DNA of 64,000 nucleotides from Patescibacteria group bacterium (GCA_041650895.1 JBAZKF010000001.1:573181-637180), one strand, 5' to 3'; counted from the first letter of the stretch, positions 49,233 through 58,957 are shown. Notes: generated by a model from the letters alone, not told the origin. A program made the numbers and translations.

Positions 49233-50315
49233 ATGAATAAGAGCTTGAGTTACGCCGTTAGGGCGACGGATCGTTGCAATCTGAATTGCCGTTATTGCTA
49301 TGCCAAGACCGAGAAACCACAGGATATGTCATTGGCGACATTAGTCAGAATTCTTGAGCAAATGGCTGATTATAATGCGGGGGAAACAGTAATTAGTTGG
49401 ACTGGTGGCGAACCATTGTTGATGGGTCGCGCTTTCTTTGAGCTCGTCTTGGCAACACAACGCCGACTCGGCAAAAAGTTTACTAATATTCTCCAAACCA
49501 ACGCCATCCTACTGGATAAAAATTGGATTGAGTTTCTGTTGGCTAATAACTTTCAGGTACGCACTAGCCTGGACTTTCCGCCCGAGTTGCATGATGAAAT
49601 GCGACAAGCCGGCAACTTTTCCGCTACTTTAGAAAAAATCAAATTAATGGTTGCCACCGGTTTGCCGGTTAACGTCAATACGGTCATCACCAATCGCAAT
49701 ATCGACAAGGTCGAAGAGATTTACGCTTTCCTTAAACAATTGGCGATTAGCAGTTTTTCTGTTTCTCGCATGGTGCTACAAGGCAATGCGTTGATCAATC
49801 ACGATCTGGCGATCCGCGAGAACAGTGAATTCGGATTATTCCTAGTCAAGCTCTTTGACTTGTGGATCAATGACCGAAACGAACCGCGGATTGCCCGGAT
49901 TACTCCGCTCGACAAACTACTCAATGCTTGCCAAAGCTATCTGCGGCATGACGACAAGGATCCTTGCTTCCATTGCCAAGATCAGCTTCTGGCCATCGGG
50001 CCGGGCGGGGAAGTTTATCCTTCCTGCAATAAATTCTTCGGCGTGCCAGAATCCTGCCTGGGCAATATTACTGACCGCAACTTAGCGGAAGTGCTAAAGT
50101 CTCCGGAACGAGGTAAGTTTCTCAGCGAAGTCAGCGCAGTAACCGAGCGACTCTGCAGCGAATGCGAATTCATGCCGATCTGCGAAGGCGGTTGTTTCTA
50201 TATCGCCTATAATATTCGCCACGAAGCCGAGCAAATTACCGGCCGCGAGCAATTCTGCAAAGGTTATTATCTTATCTTAGCCCGAATCATGGATTACCTG
50301 AGGGAGGGCAAATGA
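49233..50315 (+). CDS. Radical SAM/SPASM domain enzyme (360 aa)
   Basis: CNLNCRYC cluster; C-terminal CSECEFMPICEGGC. Confidence 0.7.
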   Translation: MNKSLSYAVRATDRCNLNCRYCYAKTEKPQDMSLATLVRILEQMADYNAGETVISWTGGEPLLMGRAFFELVLATQRRLGKKFTNILQTNAILLDKNWIEFLLANNFQVRTSLDFPPELHDEMRQAGNFSATLEKIKLMVATGLPVNVNTVITNRNIDKVEEIYAFLKQLAISSFSVSRMVLQGNALINHDLAIRENSEFGLFLVKLFDLWINDRNEPRIARITPLDKLLNACQSYLRHDDKDPCFHCQDQLLAIGPGGEVYPSCNKFFGVPESCLGNITDRNLAEVLKSPERGKFLSEVSAVTERLCSECEFMPICEGGCFYIAYNIRHEAEQITGREQFCKGYYLILARIMDYLREGK

Positions 50316-51313
50316 TGATCCAGATACCGACACTACACCAACTCAAATTCGCTGTCGGTTATGATTGTAATCGACGTTGCGGCTTTTGCCTGCAACAGAA
50401 TAGTGACCACCAGCCGATTCTTGACTTTGCCATCGTCGAGAAGATTTTTCAAGAGGAAATGGTGGCGCGAGATGTTAATCTTGTTACCTTAACTGGCGGT
50501 GAGCCGACCTTCGGCCGTTATTTACCCTTGACTCTACGCATCATCAGTCATATATCTCAGCTTGGCAAGCAATCTTGCATTTTCACTAACGGTGATTTTC
50601 TTGATGAGAATGCGCTCAGTGTCTTCCGCCAGGCTGGTGCAACGCGTTTTCGAGTCAGTTTGTATGACCCGATTGATTGGGATAGTACCGGTCGATTGAT
50701 TAAGACTCTTAAGTCTTTCGGTTATCCGGCGATGTTCAAATATACGGTAACCAAAGAGAGTTATGATAATTTACTACAAATCTTGATACGTTTTGGCGAG
50801 TCGGAAATCGAATGGTTCCAAATCAAGCCTTATAACAGGACTGAAATCCCAGCTCAAGACAAGCTTTATGAGATGTCACCTTATCAGGTTCTATCCATGG
50901 CTCGAATGCTGCTAGACTTTCGCAAACAATACCCGCGTATTAAAGTTGATCTACTACCTCTATGTTACGAATTTTTAGTTGATGAAACTCTGGATATTGG
51001 CGATCTCAGTCTGTGTCATTGTGGCAAGGGTTCACGCGGCTATCTGGTAATTGGCCCGACTGGCGACATACGCATCTGCGGCGCTTATCCCGATCCGATC
51101 GGTAATGCCCAAACCGATTCGATTACTGAGCTATGGCAGAATCACCCTTTGCTACAGCAAGTACGCGGTTTGGCGAGCCGTCCCAAACCCCAGGAATGCG
51201 CGGGGTGCGCGCACTGGAAAAAATGCGCGGCTACTGATTGTCATAGTGCAACTTTCGCTAGATACGGTAATTTCGCACATGGCAACCCGCAATGTCCGCT
51301 ACTGGCTCAATAA
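50312..51313 (+). CDS. Radical SAM/SPASM-like enzyme (333 aa), start overlaps previous stop (ATGATGA)
   Basis: CNRRCGFC cluster; C-terminal Cys motifs CAGCAHWKKC. Confidence 0.65.
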   Translation: MMIQIPTLHQLKFAVGYDCNRRCGFCLQQNSDHQPILDFAIVEKIFQEEMVARDVNLVTLTGGEPTFGRYLPLTLRIISHISQLGKQSCIFTNGDFLDENALSVFRQAGATRFRVSLYDPIDWDSTGRLIKTLKSFGYPAMFKYTVTKESYDNLLQILIRFGESEIEWFQIKPYNRTEIPAQDKLYEMSPYQVLSMARMLLDFRKQYPRIKVDLLPLCYEFLVDETLDIGDLSLCHCGKGSRGYLVIGPTGDIRICGAYPDPIGNAQTDSITELWQNHPLLQQVRGLASRPKPQECAGCAHWKKCAATDCHSATFARYGNFAHGNPQCPLLAQ

Positions 51314-51330
51314 TCTGCTCATTACTACAC

Positions 51331-51365
51331 GCCGAGAACAAGGAAGTTCTCGGCGTTTTCTTTTT
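51331..51365 (+). terminator. Cassette terminator (gccgagaac-aagg-aagttctcggc perfect hairpin + T-run)
   Basis: Perfect 9-bp stem. Confidence 0.65.
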
Positions 51366-51380
51366 GTAAAAATCTGCAAT

Positions 51381-51467
51381 CGATTCCATCGTCCCGTTCT
51401 TAGTATAAAAAACACCCCAATTATGGGGCGTTTTTCGTAGGCGGGCTCGAGTGGGACTGATTATAAC
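51381..51467. repeat. R4 repeat + tRNA-Asp-3-prime-like segment
   Basis: ttccatcgtcccgttcttagtataaaaaacaccccaattatggggcgtttttcgtaggcgg gctcgagtgggactgattataac. Confidence 0.75.
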
Positions 51468-51553
51468 TTATTTTAAGGAGCATAAAGGGGTTTATTATGT
51501 ACCGAATTTAGCTAAAATTAGATGAAATTGAGAATATGTGGATAAATCGCTAT

Positions 51554-51581
51554 TGACAAAATAATTGCTATATGCTATAAT
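51554..51581 (+). promoter_or_regulatory. Cassette promoter TTGACA-16-TATAAT
   Basis: Consensus elements. Confidence 0.55.
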
Positions 51582-51699
51582 TGAATATTAAAACTGATTC
51601 CTATTTTTGCGAGATAATAACTCAGAAAACATCGATTTTCTTGGCTGTAGTGTCTCAAAAATCACGAAACTAAAAACTTAGGCAAAAAAGGAGTTTACC

Positions 51700-52179
51700 A
51701 TGAATCAGTCCGCACTTTCCCAATATGAACAAGGTTCCGCTGAACGAGTTATCGCTCATGCCGCTTGGAAACATTCGCGGGGTCGCCAACCCTCGATGAC
51801 TTTCATACTGGAGCACAATCCCCGCAAAGCTCTGGCGCTCGCAAAGTCTGTTATCCGTTGCAATCAACAAACCAAGCTGCTCGATCGAATCGGGGCAAAG
51901 ATTGTCGAGTCCAAAACATACGACAACATGACCGACGCCGAGATCAAAATCGCAGTAAGAAGTATCATCTCCTCATCATCATCTGAAGAAGAAGTGAAAC
52001 AGAGGGTCCGCGATGAACTCGGCTGTCCCTACGGTATCTGTCTTAGCACCGATGTTCCTACCGACGTAGTCGGGAGAGAAGCAAGAGAACTGGTGCGTGG
52101 CCTCGGTGGTCTTGTAATGAAGAACGGCGCCATGGCGATGGCTACGATACACGGCCATAATGGAGTCATTTTGATTTGA
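51700..52179 (+). CDS. Hypothetical protein (159 aa)
   Basis: RBS aaggag. Confidence 0.45.
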   Translation: MNQSALSQYEQGSAERVIAHAAWKHSRGRQPSMTFILEHNPRKALALAKSVIRCNQQTKLLDRIGAKIVESKTYDNMTDAEIKIAVRSIISSSSSEEEVKQRVRDELGCPYGICLSTDVPTDVVGREARELVRGLGGLVMKNGAMAMATIHGHNGVILI

Positions 52180-52212
52180 CCACCAAATAACGAAGCACAT
52201 TCCCCCGCACGA

Positions 52213-52257
52213 TTTTGGGAAGCCCCAAACATTGTGCGGGGCTTTTCATTTTGTTAA
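52213..52257 (+). terminator. Cassette terminator (ccccgcac...gtgcgggg hairpin type 2)
   Basis: Same hairpin at 54027-54065. Confidence 0.6.
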
Positions 52258-52294
52258 AATTTCACTAAGTTATAATGTCCCATTACCCCTATCA

Positions 52295-52355
52295 AAAAAC
52301 ACCCCGATTATGGGGCGTTTTTCGTAGGCGGAGGGTAATAAACGATGTTAGAACC
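52295..52355. repeat. Partial R4 + R3 module
   Basis: aacaccccgattatggggcgtttttcgtaggcggagggtaataaacgatgttagaacc. Confidence 0.7.
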
Positions 52356-52404
52356 CGTCTTAAGGAAAACGACAAATTTAGTTTACCCAGTTCGGCAATT
52401 ATAA

Positions 52405-53178
52405 CTAGAATGATTTAGATAAAAAAATTGGAAACTCAAATTTAAGACGATAGCCATTCTTTGTCACTGAAGCAGCCTTCCTGTCCTTAGATAAAATGGT
52501 TTGCATTCGCTTTATATCGCTATTATCTAGCTTATATCTATCAATATGGTCCTTATCTGAAAGCAACATTTGTTTTCCTCTACCTATTAATTGTGGAGCC
52601 GTAAAACCGGCTCTTTTATAAATATCAACCATATCTAATGATTGAAAAAAACGGTTGCCAATTTTATTAGATGAATTATAGGCGAGACTTAAAGTGTCGC
52701 GGTCATCTAAGTTAGGAATGTAGGCTGGCTGATTTACAAAGAGTCCATCTTTTTTTAGATGCTTTTTAATAATTTTAAGAACCTTTATTTGCAATTTTTT
52801 AGAAGGAAAATAATCAAGGGAACTCCTCATTATTACAAGGTCGAATTTTTTGTGAAGATTCATTTTAAGCAAATCAACGCACACCTTAGTTGTTTTGGGA
52901 TTTTTGTTTTCGCTCAAGTGTTTTGACGAAGCGTCAACAATAGTTAATCGTCCTCGTCCTAAGCTATTTATAAGTTTCTCTCCCAAAAGTCCGGAAGCCG
53001 AAGCAACATATAAGATATCTAAATTCCTCTTTGGTAAATAAGGTTTTACTGCTTTAATAAAGAGCTTGAAATTTTGTTCATCAGAAAAATAACCGCCATA
53101 GGTTAATAGCCAATCTTTTCCCAGAACATTTTTATCTTTATCTAAATTATACTTAACTATTTTGGAAGGAGTGGTCAC
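52405..53178 (-). CDS. Probable class I SAM-dependent methyltransferase (257 aa), inverted orientation in array
   Basis: LDILYVASASGLLGEKL motif I-like; DLVIMRSSLDYF. Confidence 0.45.
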   Translation of the reverse strand: MTTPSKIVKYNLDKDKNVLGKDWLLTYGGYFSDEQNFKLFIKAVKPYLPKRNLDILYVASASGLLGEKLINSLGRGRLTIVDASSKHLSENKNPKTTKVCVDLLKMNLHKKFDLVIMRSSLDYFPSKKLQIKVLKIIKKHLKKDGLFVNQPAYIPNLDDRDTLSLAYNSSNKIGNRFFQSLDMVDIYKRAGFTAPQLIGRGKQMLLSDKDHIDRYKLDNSDIKRMQTILSKDRKAASVTKNGYRLKFEFPIFLSKSF

Positions 53179-53244
53179 AAGATTAAAAAAATAATTATTT
53201 ATTTACTAAATTTTATCATTTTTGGGCACCAAAAACAATCAAAA

Positions 53245-53343
53245 GTTCTATCGTCCCGTTCTTAGTACAAAAAACACCCCGATTATGGGGCGTTTTTCGT
53301 AGGCGGGGCTTACGGGGTGATTTTGGAAAAATTGATTGGGTGG
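53245..53343. repeat. R4 + R1 composite repeat
   Basis: ctatcgtcccgttcttagtacaaaaaacaccccgattatggggcgtttttcgtaggcggggcttacggggtgattttggaaaaattgattgggtgg. Confidence 0.8.
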
Positions 53344-53445
53344 ATTTTTCATCAAAATTTAGTCAAAACTGTTTAAATTTAGGTAATTTATGATAATTAT
53401 TTAGCTAATTTTAGAGAAAATACAGTGAATATGTGGATAAAATAC

Positions 53446-53474
53446 TTGACAAAATTTAATTCATATGATAAAAT
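53446..53474 (+). promoter_or_regulatory. Cassette promoter TTGACA-17-TAAAAT
   Basis: Conserved. Confidence 0.55.
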
Positions 53475-53541
53475 AATATAATGACAATTTTATCAGAGGG
53501 TAATTTAGTACAATAACAACAACCAACAGGAGACAAAAGAC

Positions 53542-53844
53542 ATGGGAGACTCGGTGAACATTCACGGGTTGGACAAGGCTGCGGTTTTGGCGGCGTTATA
53601 TAACGCTTCGAGGCCGCAAGGGCTTGGCATTTTACAATTCGATGCGAAGCCAATGACGCGCGATGAGGCGGCCAAAATCCTCGAGCAGCAAACCCACTTC
53701 GACTATCTCAAAGGCCGGGTCATGAAAATCGACCTGTCCAAGGACGAAGTTGGTATTTGGGGTTACGACCGTGACAACGGTGCCGGTGCCGCCGCAAAGG
53801 CGATTGAAGCGCTGCATATCAGTGGCAACGCCAACAATGAATGA
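53542..53844 (+). CDS. Hypothetical protein (100 aa), GC-rich
   Basis: RBS caggaga. Confidence 0.45.
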   Translation: MGDSVNIHGLDKAAVLAALYNASRPQGLGILQFDAKPMTRDEAAKILEQQTHFDYLKGRVMKIDLSKDEVGIWGYDRDNGAGAAAKAIEALHISGNANNE

Positions 53845-54019
53845 TACCATCCAAGCCACTCACGCACAAGGCGCGCACGATGCCGCGAAGGCTGCCCGTG
53901 AGATGATGGGACAGGAAACGGCCTTCCGTCAGGAAAACGGGATAGCCGTCATGAATCTTGGCCTCGCCGATATGTGCGATGTTCTCGATCCAGCTATCGA
54001 CCGCGGCCTCAAGCAGTAG
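53839..54019 (+). CDS. Small hypothetical protein (59 aa), translationally coupled (ATGA overlap) to previous ORF
   Basis: MNDTIQATHAQGAHDAAKAAREMMGQ...; track ORF 53750..54019 trimmed to coupled ATG. Confidence 0.35.
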
Positions 54020-54026
54020 CACAACG

Positions 54027-54071
54027 CCCCGCACGATTTTGGGAAGCCCCAAACATTGTGCGGGGCTTTTC
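54027..54071 (+). terminator. Cassette terminator (hairpin type 2)
   Basis: ccccgcacgattttgggaagccccaaacattgtgcgggg + T-run. Confidence 0.6.
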
Positions 54072-54191
54072 ATTTTCCTAAAATCCACTCCGTCCCGTCC
54101 GCCCTACCCATTAAATCAACAAAAAAAGACCTACAAAAATAAGCTTTTTTAATCGTCTTATTATGCGAAGAGTAATAGACGATGTTAGAAC
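54071..54191. repeat. R2+R3 module
   Basis: Near-identical to 48241-48362. Confidence 0.8.
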
Positions 54192-54249
54192 TTATCTAAG
54201 TGGATGCAAGAAGTGTTTTGAAATAACTAGAATCAACCAGAATTGATGC

Positions 54250-54278
54250 TTGACAAAATTATTCTTATATGATACAAT
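54250..54278 (+). promoter_or_regulatory. Cassette promoter TTGACA-17-TACAAT
   Basis: Conserved. Confidence 0.55.
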
Positions 54279-54348
54279 CATATGTTAATAGTTCATTAGC
54301 TTGATAGGATTATTATTACCCAAACAAACACAAAGGAGGTCACTAATA

Positions 54349-54687
54349 ATGACGACTCAAAACTATCTCCAAATCGCAAGGGACAATGAAGCGATATTCA
54401 GAAATGTGCTGAGAGACCTAAGGGATAATAGAACAATCAGACCTATGGGACTCTATGTTCCTGAAGACCTGGAAACGGAAGCGGAGCTTGAAAAGATTTT
54501 TGAAGAATACTCTTCTGGAAATAGATACGGAATATTCACGATTACCGATTTCACGGTCGGCGAAGGGTTTGCAACTATTGCGTTTCAAGACATTGCTTGC
54601 TTATCCGGAGGCGGGGCAAGATTAAAGTATTCTGTCAGTGACGACGACGTGCAATACCTTGAGCCAGAATTCACAATGATGAGTTAA
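54349..54687 (+). CDS. Hypothetical protein (112 aa; RBS-supported start)
   Basis: aaggagg RBS then ATG MTTQNYLQ. Confidence 0.45.
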   Translation: MTTQNYLQIARDNEAIFRNVLRDLRDNRTIRPMGLYVPEDLETEAELEKIFEEYSSGNRYGIFTITDFTVGEGFATIAFQDIACLSGGGARLKYSVSDDDVQYLEPEFTMMS

Positions 54688-54756
54688 ATACCGCCAGCCA
54701 CAAACAAAGTACAACTACGCAATTAACGCCGAGGACAAGGAAATCCCCGGCGTTTT

Positions 54757-54892
54757 CTTTTTTCCTAAAATCCCCTCCGTCCCGTCCGCCCTAGCCATAA
54801 ATCAACAAAAAAAGACCTACAAAAGTAGGCCTTTTTATATCGTTCCATAAAGCGGGGCTTACGGGGCGATTTTGGAAAAATCGATTGGGTGG
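54757..54892. repeat. R2 + R1 composite repeat
   Basis: ttttcctaaaatcccctccgtcccgtccgccctagccataaatcaac...tatatcgttccataaagcggggcttacggggcgattttggaaaaatcgattgggtgg. Confidence 0.8.
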
Positions 54893-54969
54893 GATTAGTA
54901 TTATATTTGCCAAATTATCTAAATTTAAACAATTATTTAGGTTAATTCATTAATTTTGTTAAACATCAA

Positions 54970-54998
54970 TTGACAAATTACCAAACTTGTATTAAGAT
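54970..54998 (+). promoter_or_regulatory. Cassette promoter TTGACA-17-TAAGAT
   Basis: Conserved. Confidence 0.5.
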
Positions 54999-55077
54999 AC
55001 TCTATTGTACTCCTCATTTATTTCAAGTGGGGGTAAATAGTACAATGCACATTAACAGGAAAAAAGGAGAAGACTTC

Positions 55078-56421
55078 ATGAACCTAACTATAATCGTAAC
55101 ACTGGGCGCTATTGGATTAGTGGTACTAATCGGATTGGCATCCGCACTGTTATTTCGACATGTGGTGAGCACCAATATGGTGCACATTGTACAAAGTCGA
55201 GCAAAAACAACTCCATATGGCACTGGGCAAAAATCCGGTAACGTCTACTACAAATGGCCATCTTGGATTCCAATTTTAGGCGTGACAGTAATTGAATTGC
55301 CGGTAAGCAACTTTGATTTGTCGCTGAACGGCTATGAAGCCTATGATAAAGACAGGGTACCCTTTATGATTGATGTTACTGCCTTCTTTCGCATCAATAA
55401 TACGGCTGAAGCCGCTCAACGCGTCGCCAGTATTCAAGAGATGCGTGAACAATTGGAACTCATTGTAAAGGGTGCTGTAAGAAAAGTCTTGGCATCAGAC
55501 GTTATTGATGCTATTATGGTAGAACGCTCAAAATTTGGAGACCAGTTCACCCATGAAGTTAAAGATCAGCTGATCCAATGGGGCGTCGAATCTGTCAAAG
55601 CTATGGAATTGATGGATATTCGCGACACCAAGGGGTTCGAGGTTATTGCCAATATAATGGCGAAAAAGACATCTTTTATCGCCATGGAAAGCCGCTTAGA
55701 GGTGGCAAGCAATCATCGGAAAGCTGAGAATGCGGAAATTGAGGCGGAACAAGCCATCAGCGTTCGCCAACAAGAATCCCAACAGGTGGTTGGTGAACGG
55801 ACTGCTCAAAAAGATAAGTTGGTGGGAATCGCCCAACAACAGGCACAACAAGAAGTTCTCGAACAAGAAAAAGAAACCCGCGAACGACAAATGGCTGTGC
55901 AACGGGTTCAGCAGGTTCGCGCGGCGGAAATCAGTAAGGACGAAAAAGTCGTTGCTGCTGAGCAAGACAAGGCTACTCGCGTCATTATGGCCGATGGCTC
56001 TCTGTTAGCCCAAATTAAGGAAGCTGAGGGTATCGAAAAACTCGGTGAAGCCAGAGCCGCAGCCGAAAAAGCGATGCAATTGGCACCGGTTCAAGCCAAT
56101 ATTACGTTGGCGAAAGAAATCGGACAAAATGCTGGCTATCAACAATACCTGGCGATGATTGAAGCCATCAAGGCATACATTACTGTTGGAGGTGAACAAG
56201 CAAAGGCTCTGCAAAAAGCTGATGTTAAGGTAATTGCCAATGCTGGACAGCCGACAGAAGGCGTCAAAAATGTCATGGATATGTTCACTTCCAAAGGTGG
56301 AACGAACATGGCGGCAATGATTGAAGCACTCGCTCAGACGCCAATGGGTGCCAAACTTTTGGCAACATTCATCGGCAATAATAGCGATAATGCCGAGGCT
56401 ACTATCGATACTGAGGCATAA
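55078..56421 (+). CDS. SPFH/band-7 (flotillin-like) protein with N-terminal TM and Ala/Glu/Gln-rich coiled coil
   Basis: TM then SPFH-like region, long EAQ-rich coiled coil; start at RBS-supported MNLTII (track 54970). Confidence 0.6.
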   Translation: MNLTIIVTLGAIGLVVLIGLASALLFRHVVSTNMVHIVQSRAKTTPYGTGQKSGNVYYKWPSWIPILGVTVIELPVSNFDLSLNGYEAYDKDRVPFMIDVTAFFRINNTAEAAQRVASIQEMREQLELIVKGAVRKVLASDVIDAIMVERSKFGDQFTHEVKDQLIQWGVESVKAMELMDIRDTKGFEVIANIMAKKTSFIAMESRLEVASNHRKAENAEIEAEQAISVRQQESQQVVGERTAQKDKLVGIAQQQAQQEVLEQEKETRERQMAVQRVQQVRAAEISKDEKVVAAEQDKATRVIMADGSLLAQIKEAEGIEKLGEARAAAEKAMQLAPVQANITLAKEIGQNAGYQQYLAMIEAIKAYITVGGEQAKALQKADVKVIANAGQPTEGVKNVMDMFTSKGGTNMAAMIEALAQTPMGAKLLATFIGNNSDNAEATIDTEA

Positions 56422-56442
56422 GTATAATTTTTTTTCAACAAC

Positions 56443-56472
56443 GCTGAAGACATTCGTCTTCAGCTTTTTTAT
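56443..56472 (+). terminator. Cassette terminator (gctgaagac-attc-gtcttcagc + T-run)
   Basis: Perfect 9-bp stem. Confidence 0.65.
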
Positions 56473-56590
56473 TTTTCTAAAATCATCGTTACCCCATCCG
56501 CCCTAGCCACGAATCAACAAAAAAAGACCTACAAAAATAGGCCTTTTTATATCGTTCCATCTAGCGGAGAGTAATAGACGATGTTAGAAC
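56465..56590. repeat. R2+R3 module
   Basis: ...ccgccctagccacgaatcaacaaaaaaagacctacaaaaataggcctttttatatcgttccatctagcggagagtaatagacgatgttagaac. Confidence 0.8.
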
Positions 56591-56638
56591 TTATATAGGT
56601 GGATGCGAGAGGAATTATGAGATACCAAGAATATGAGC

Positions 56639-56667
56639 TTGACAAAATTAACTGTAATTGCTAAGGT
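56639..56667 (+). promoter_or_regulatory. Cassette promoter TTGACA-17-TAAGGT
   Basis: Weaker -10. Confidence 0.4.
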
Positions 56668-56708
56668 CTAATATCGAACATTCGACTACAACCAAGGGGA
56701 GATACATA

Positions 56709-57089
56709 ATGACTAAACGAGAATACATACCAAAAGCAAGTGTAAAGAAAAGTGATATAAAAAGAGAAATTTTAGTGGCAATGATTGATTGCGCAGAAAA
56801 TATACGTGGTTATTATGAAGCTGCTGCTGGTTTAATATTTGAGGATGGTTATATACCTCCAGAAGAATTTAGACCCGGGGTAGCTGACAGATTTTTGTTT
56901 TCAAAAATTATTGACGATGATTGGGAAAGAGTGTTAGATATCTACTGTTGCGCACCACTACACCCCAGAATGATTGGGTTTGGACTAATGATAGAAAAAT
57001 ACTATCCCCAGTATGGCACTTTCAGAAAAATGAGCGAGGAAGAAAAAAGAGAGAGAATGAAGCTTAAAAAAACTTGTAGACGAGGATGA
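56709..57089 (+). CDS. Hypothetical protein (126 aa; RBS-supported start), AT-rich
   Basis: aagggga RBS then ATG MTKREY. Confidence 0.45.
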   Translation: MTKREYIPKASVKKSDIKREILVAMIDCAENIRGYYEAAAGLIFEDGYIPPEEFRPGVADRFLFSKIIDDDWERVLDIYCCAPLHPRMIGFGLMIEKYYPQYGTFRKMSEEEKRERMKLKKTCRRG

Positions 57090-57141
57090 AATCAGCCAAT
57101 AAAAAACTCCCAAATTGGGAGTTTATTTTTATTTGGAAAAT

Positions 57142-57182
57142 GCGGGGCTTACGGGGTGATTTTGGAAAAATTGATTGGTTGG
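57142..57182. repeat. R1 repeat
   Basis: gcggggcttacggggtgattttggaaaaattgattggttgg. Confidence 0.8.
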
Positions 57183-57249
57183 AATTAATATCTGGTTTAC
57201 CTAGTTATCTAAAATTAGATAAATACTTAATCTATTAATAATCCTAGTA

Positions 57250-57278
57250 TTGACAAAAAAATACTACTATGATATACT
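57250..57278 (+). promoter_or_regulatory. Cassette promoter TTGACA-17-TATACT
   Basis: Conserved. Confidence 0.55.
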
Positions 57279-57372
57279 AATTTGATATTCCATTATTGGA
57301 ATCTCATCCCAGTCCGGGATGGCAGTCGCCAAAAGGACAAAGAACCTTACAGTTAGAAAGGAAAAACCGACC

Positions 57373-58065
57373 ATGGATGACATGCTTGGTGATGCTCTGA
57401 AGACCATCTTCGGACCATTGAAAAACCTCATGGAGCAATTACAGGGAAACAAACGTGAACTGTGGTTGCAAGTATTACAGCAATTATCGAGAATGAAACC
57501 GGAAACGGTTTTACTTAAACTCAGCCGACCACTTTCTCCTCCCCTTTGGATTAAAATCGAGGTTGGCGGACTTAAACTCAAACCGTTGCAAATTATTGAA
57601 AAATTTACTGCGGCAGGAGTCGGTCCAAACCATAAATTCCCATTGATGTTTAGTTTGATTGAGTATCAGCGAGGAATCAACGCTGAAACTAAAGATGTTG
57701 AGTTCGTTAAGGGCAATCTTTATGAACTATTTGGAATCACAAAAGAGAAGATTTCCGTCGACTATTTTCTAAACAATGAATTTCTGGCGCAATATGGACT
57801 AGAGCTATGTGAACCTGCCGATGCAATCTCTATTCGTCTCGCTTGGAAAGATCAAAGAAAGGGCGAAAGGGCTTTTGTGGGGACAAAGCCTTACTACTAT
57901 ACAAGAAAAGAACAGCCAGATGGATACCTCTACCCAACAGTTCCTTCGCTGATGGGAGCGGCTGGAAAGGTATGGTTTGGAGAGGATTGGGCCACGGCCG
58001 ACATGGGACCTTGTAGTTACACTCGTAATGTTTGGATATTCAGACGTAAGTGCATCCAATCGTAA
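57373..58065 (+). CDS. Hypothetical protein (230 aa; track ORF starts 57319)
   Basis: RBS-like aaggaaaaa before ATG 57373. Confidence 0.4.
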   Translation: MDDMLGDALKTIFGPLKNLMEQLQGNKRELWLQVLQQLSRMKPETVLLKLSRPLSPPLWIKIEVGGLKLKPLQIIEKFTAAGVGPNHKFPLMFSLIEYQRGINAETKDVEFVKGNLYELFGITKEKISVDYFLNNEFLAQYGLELCEPADAISIRLAWKDQRKGERAFVGTKPYYYTRKEQPDGYLYPTVPSLMGAAGKVWFGEDWATADMGPCSYTRNVWIFRRKCIQS

Positions 58066-58085
58066 GCACATTCGATAAATTTCAA

Positions 58086-58117
58086 CACCGAGGACAAGAA
58101 AGTTCTCGGTGTTTTCA
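58086..58117 (+). terminator. Cassette terminator (caccgagga-caagaaa-gttctcggtg)
   Basis: Same hairpin at 61685-61710. Confidence 0.6.
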
Positions 58118-58236
58118 TTTTCCTAAAATCCACTCCGTCCCGTCCGCCCTAACCACAAATCAACTAAAAAAGACCTACAAAAGTAGGCCTTTTTATATCG
58201 TTTCATCTAGCGGGAGAAAGTGGACGAAGTTATAAC
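58112..58236. repeat. R2 + R3-variant module
   Basis: ...ccgccctaaccacaaatcaactaaaaaagacctacaaaagtaggcctttttatatcgtttcatctagcgggagaaagtggacgaagttataacc. Confidence 0.8.
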
Positions 58237-58300
58237 CTTTTTTAATACATACGAAGGTTATTATTACATACCAAACTTAAGTTCAATAAAATAACTACTT

Positions 58301-58957
58301 TTATTTCACTCCTTTCCATTCATTAAAAAATTCTTGCAAAAACCCCTCCATATACCTATGCCTTTTGTTAGCCATCTTTTTGCCAGTAGCCGTGTTCATA
58401 TTATCTTTTAATTTCAATAACTTACTATAAAAGTGGTGAACCGTGGAAACGTCTTCTTTATTTTCATTAAAATATTTGCGTTTAAATGCTTTTTCTGGAA
58501 CCCACATATTTAAAGAGTGGGCGCCTCCATATGCAAAAGTTCGACCAATTCCAATAGCTCCAATAGCGTCCAAATTATCAGCATCTTGGATAATTAGAGT
58601 TTCAATATCTGAAACGGTTTTGCCTTTCTTGGAAAAGTTGTATTCTTCGTGATATTCAATGCAATGCAATATCTTCTTTTTTTGTTCTGAAGTTAATTTT
58701 GTTTTATCAATAATCTCTTTAATTTTAGGCAATGAATCTTTTGGTGAACAAAATTTGTTTGTTTCTTTTCCAATGATTCTATGCATATCGTGCAAAAATG
58801 CTCCAACAGCAATAACCACTCTGTCCCCACCTTCTTTTTTTTGTAAATAATTAGCAATATTTAAAACTCTCTTTAAATGATAAATATCGTGGCCGCTGCC
58901 TTCGTTAGAGAATAATGATTTAATTTCTTTTTCGATTTTGCCAATAATCTTTTCCAT
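58301..58957 (-). CDS. HD-domain metal-dependent phosphohydrolase (218 aa)
   Basis: FLHDMHR and QDADNLDAIGAIG HD motifs. Confidence 0.6.
   Translation of the reverse strand: MEKIIGKIEKEIKSLFSNEGSGHDIYHLKRVLNIANYLQKKEGGDRVVIAVGAFLHDMHRIIGKETNKFCSPKDSLPKIKEIIDKTKLTSEQKKKILHCIEYHEEYNFSKKGKTVSDIETLIIQDADNLDAIGAIGIGRTFAYGGAHSLNMWVPEKAFKRKYFNENKEDVSTVHHFYSKLLKLKDNMNTATGKKMANKRHRYMEGFLQEFFNEWKGVK

Noticed and set aside
54970-55077. Longer N-terminal extensions of cassette ORFs given by the ORF track (e.g. 54970, 56658 TTG, 60353, 54301, 47765)
   Set aside because: The upstream segments overlap the conserved promoter/repeat modules and lack an RBS, whereas internal ATGs are preceded by strong aaggag-type RBSs at 6-9 nt.
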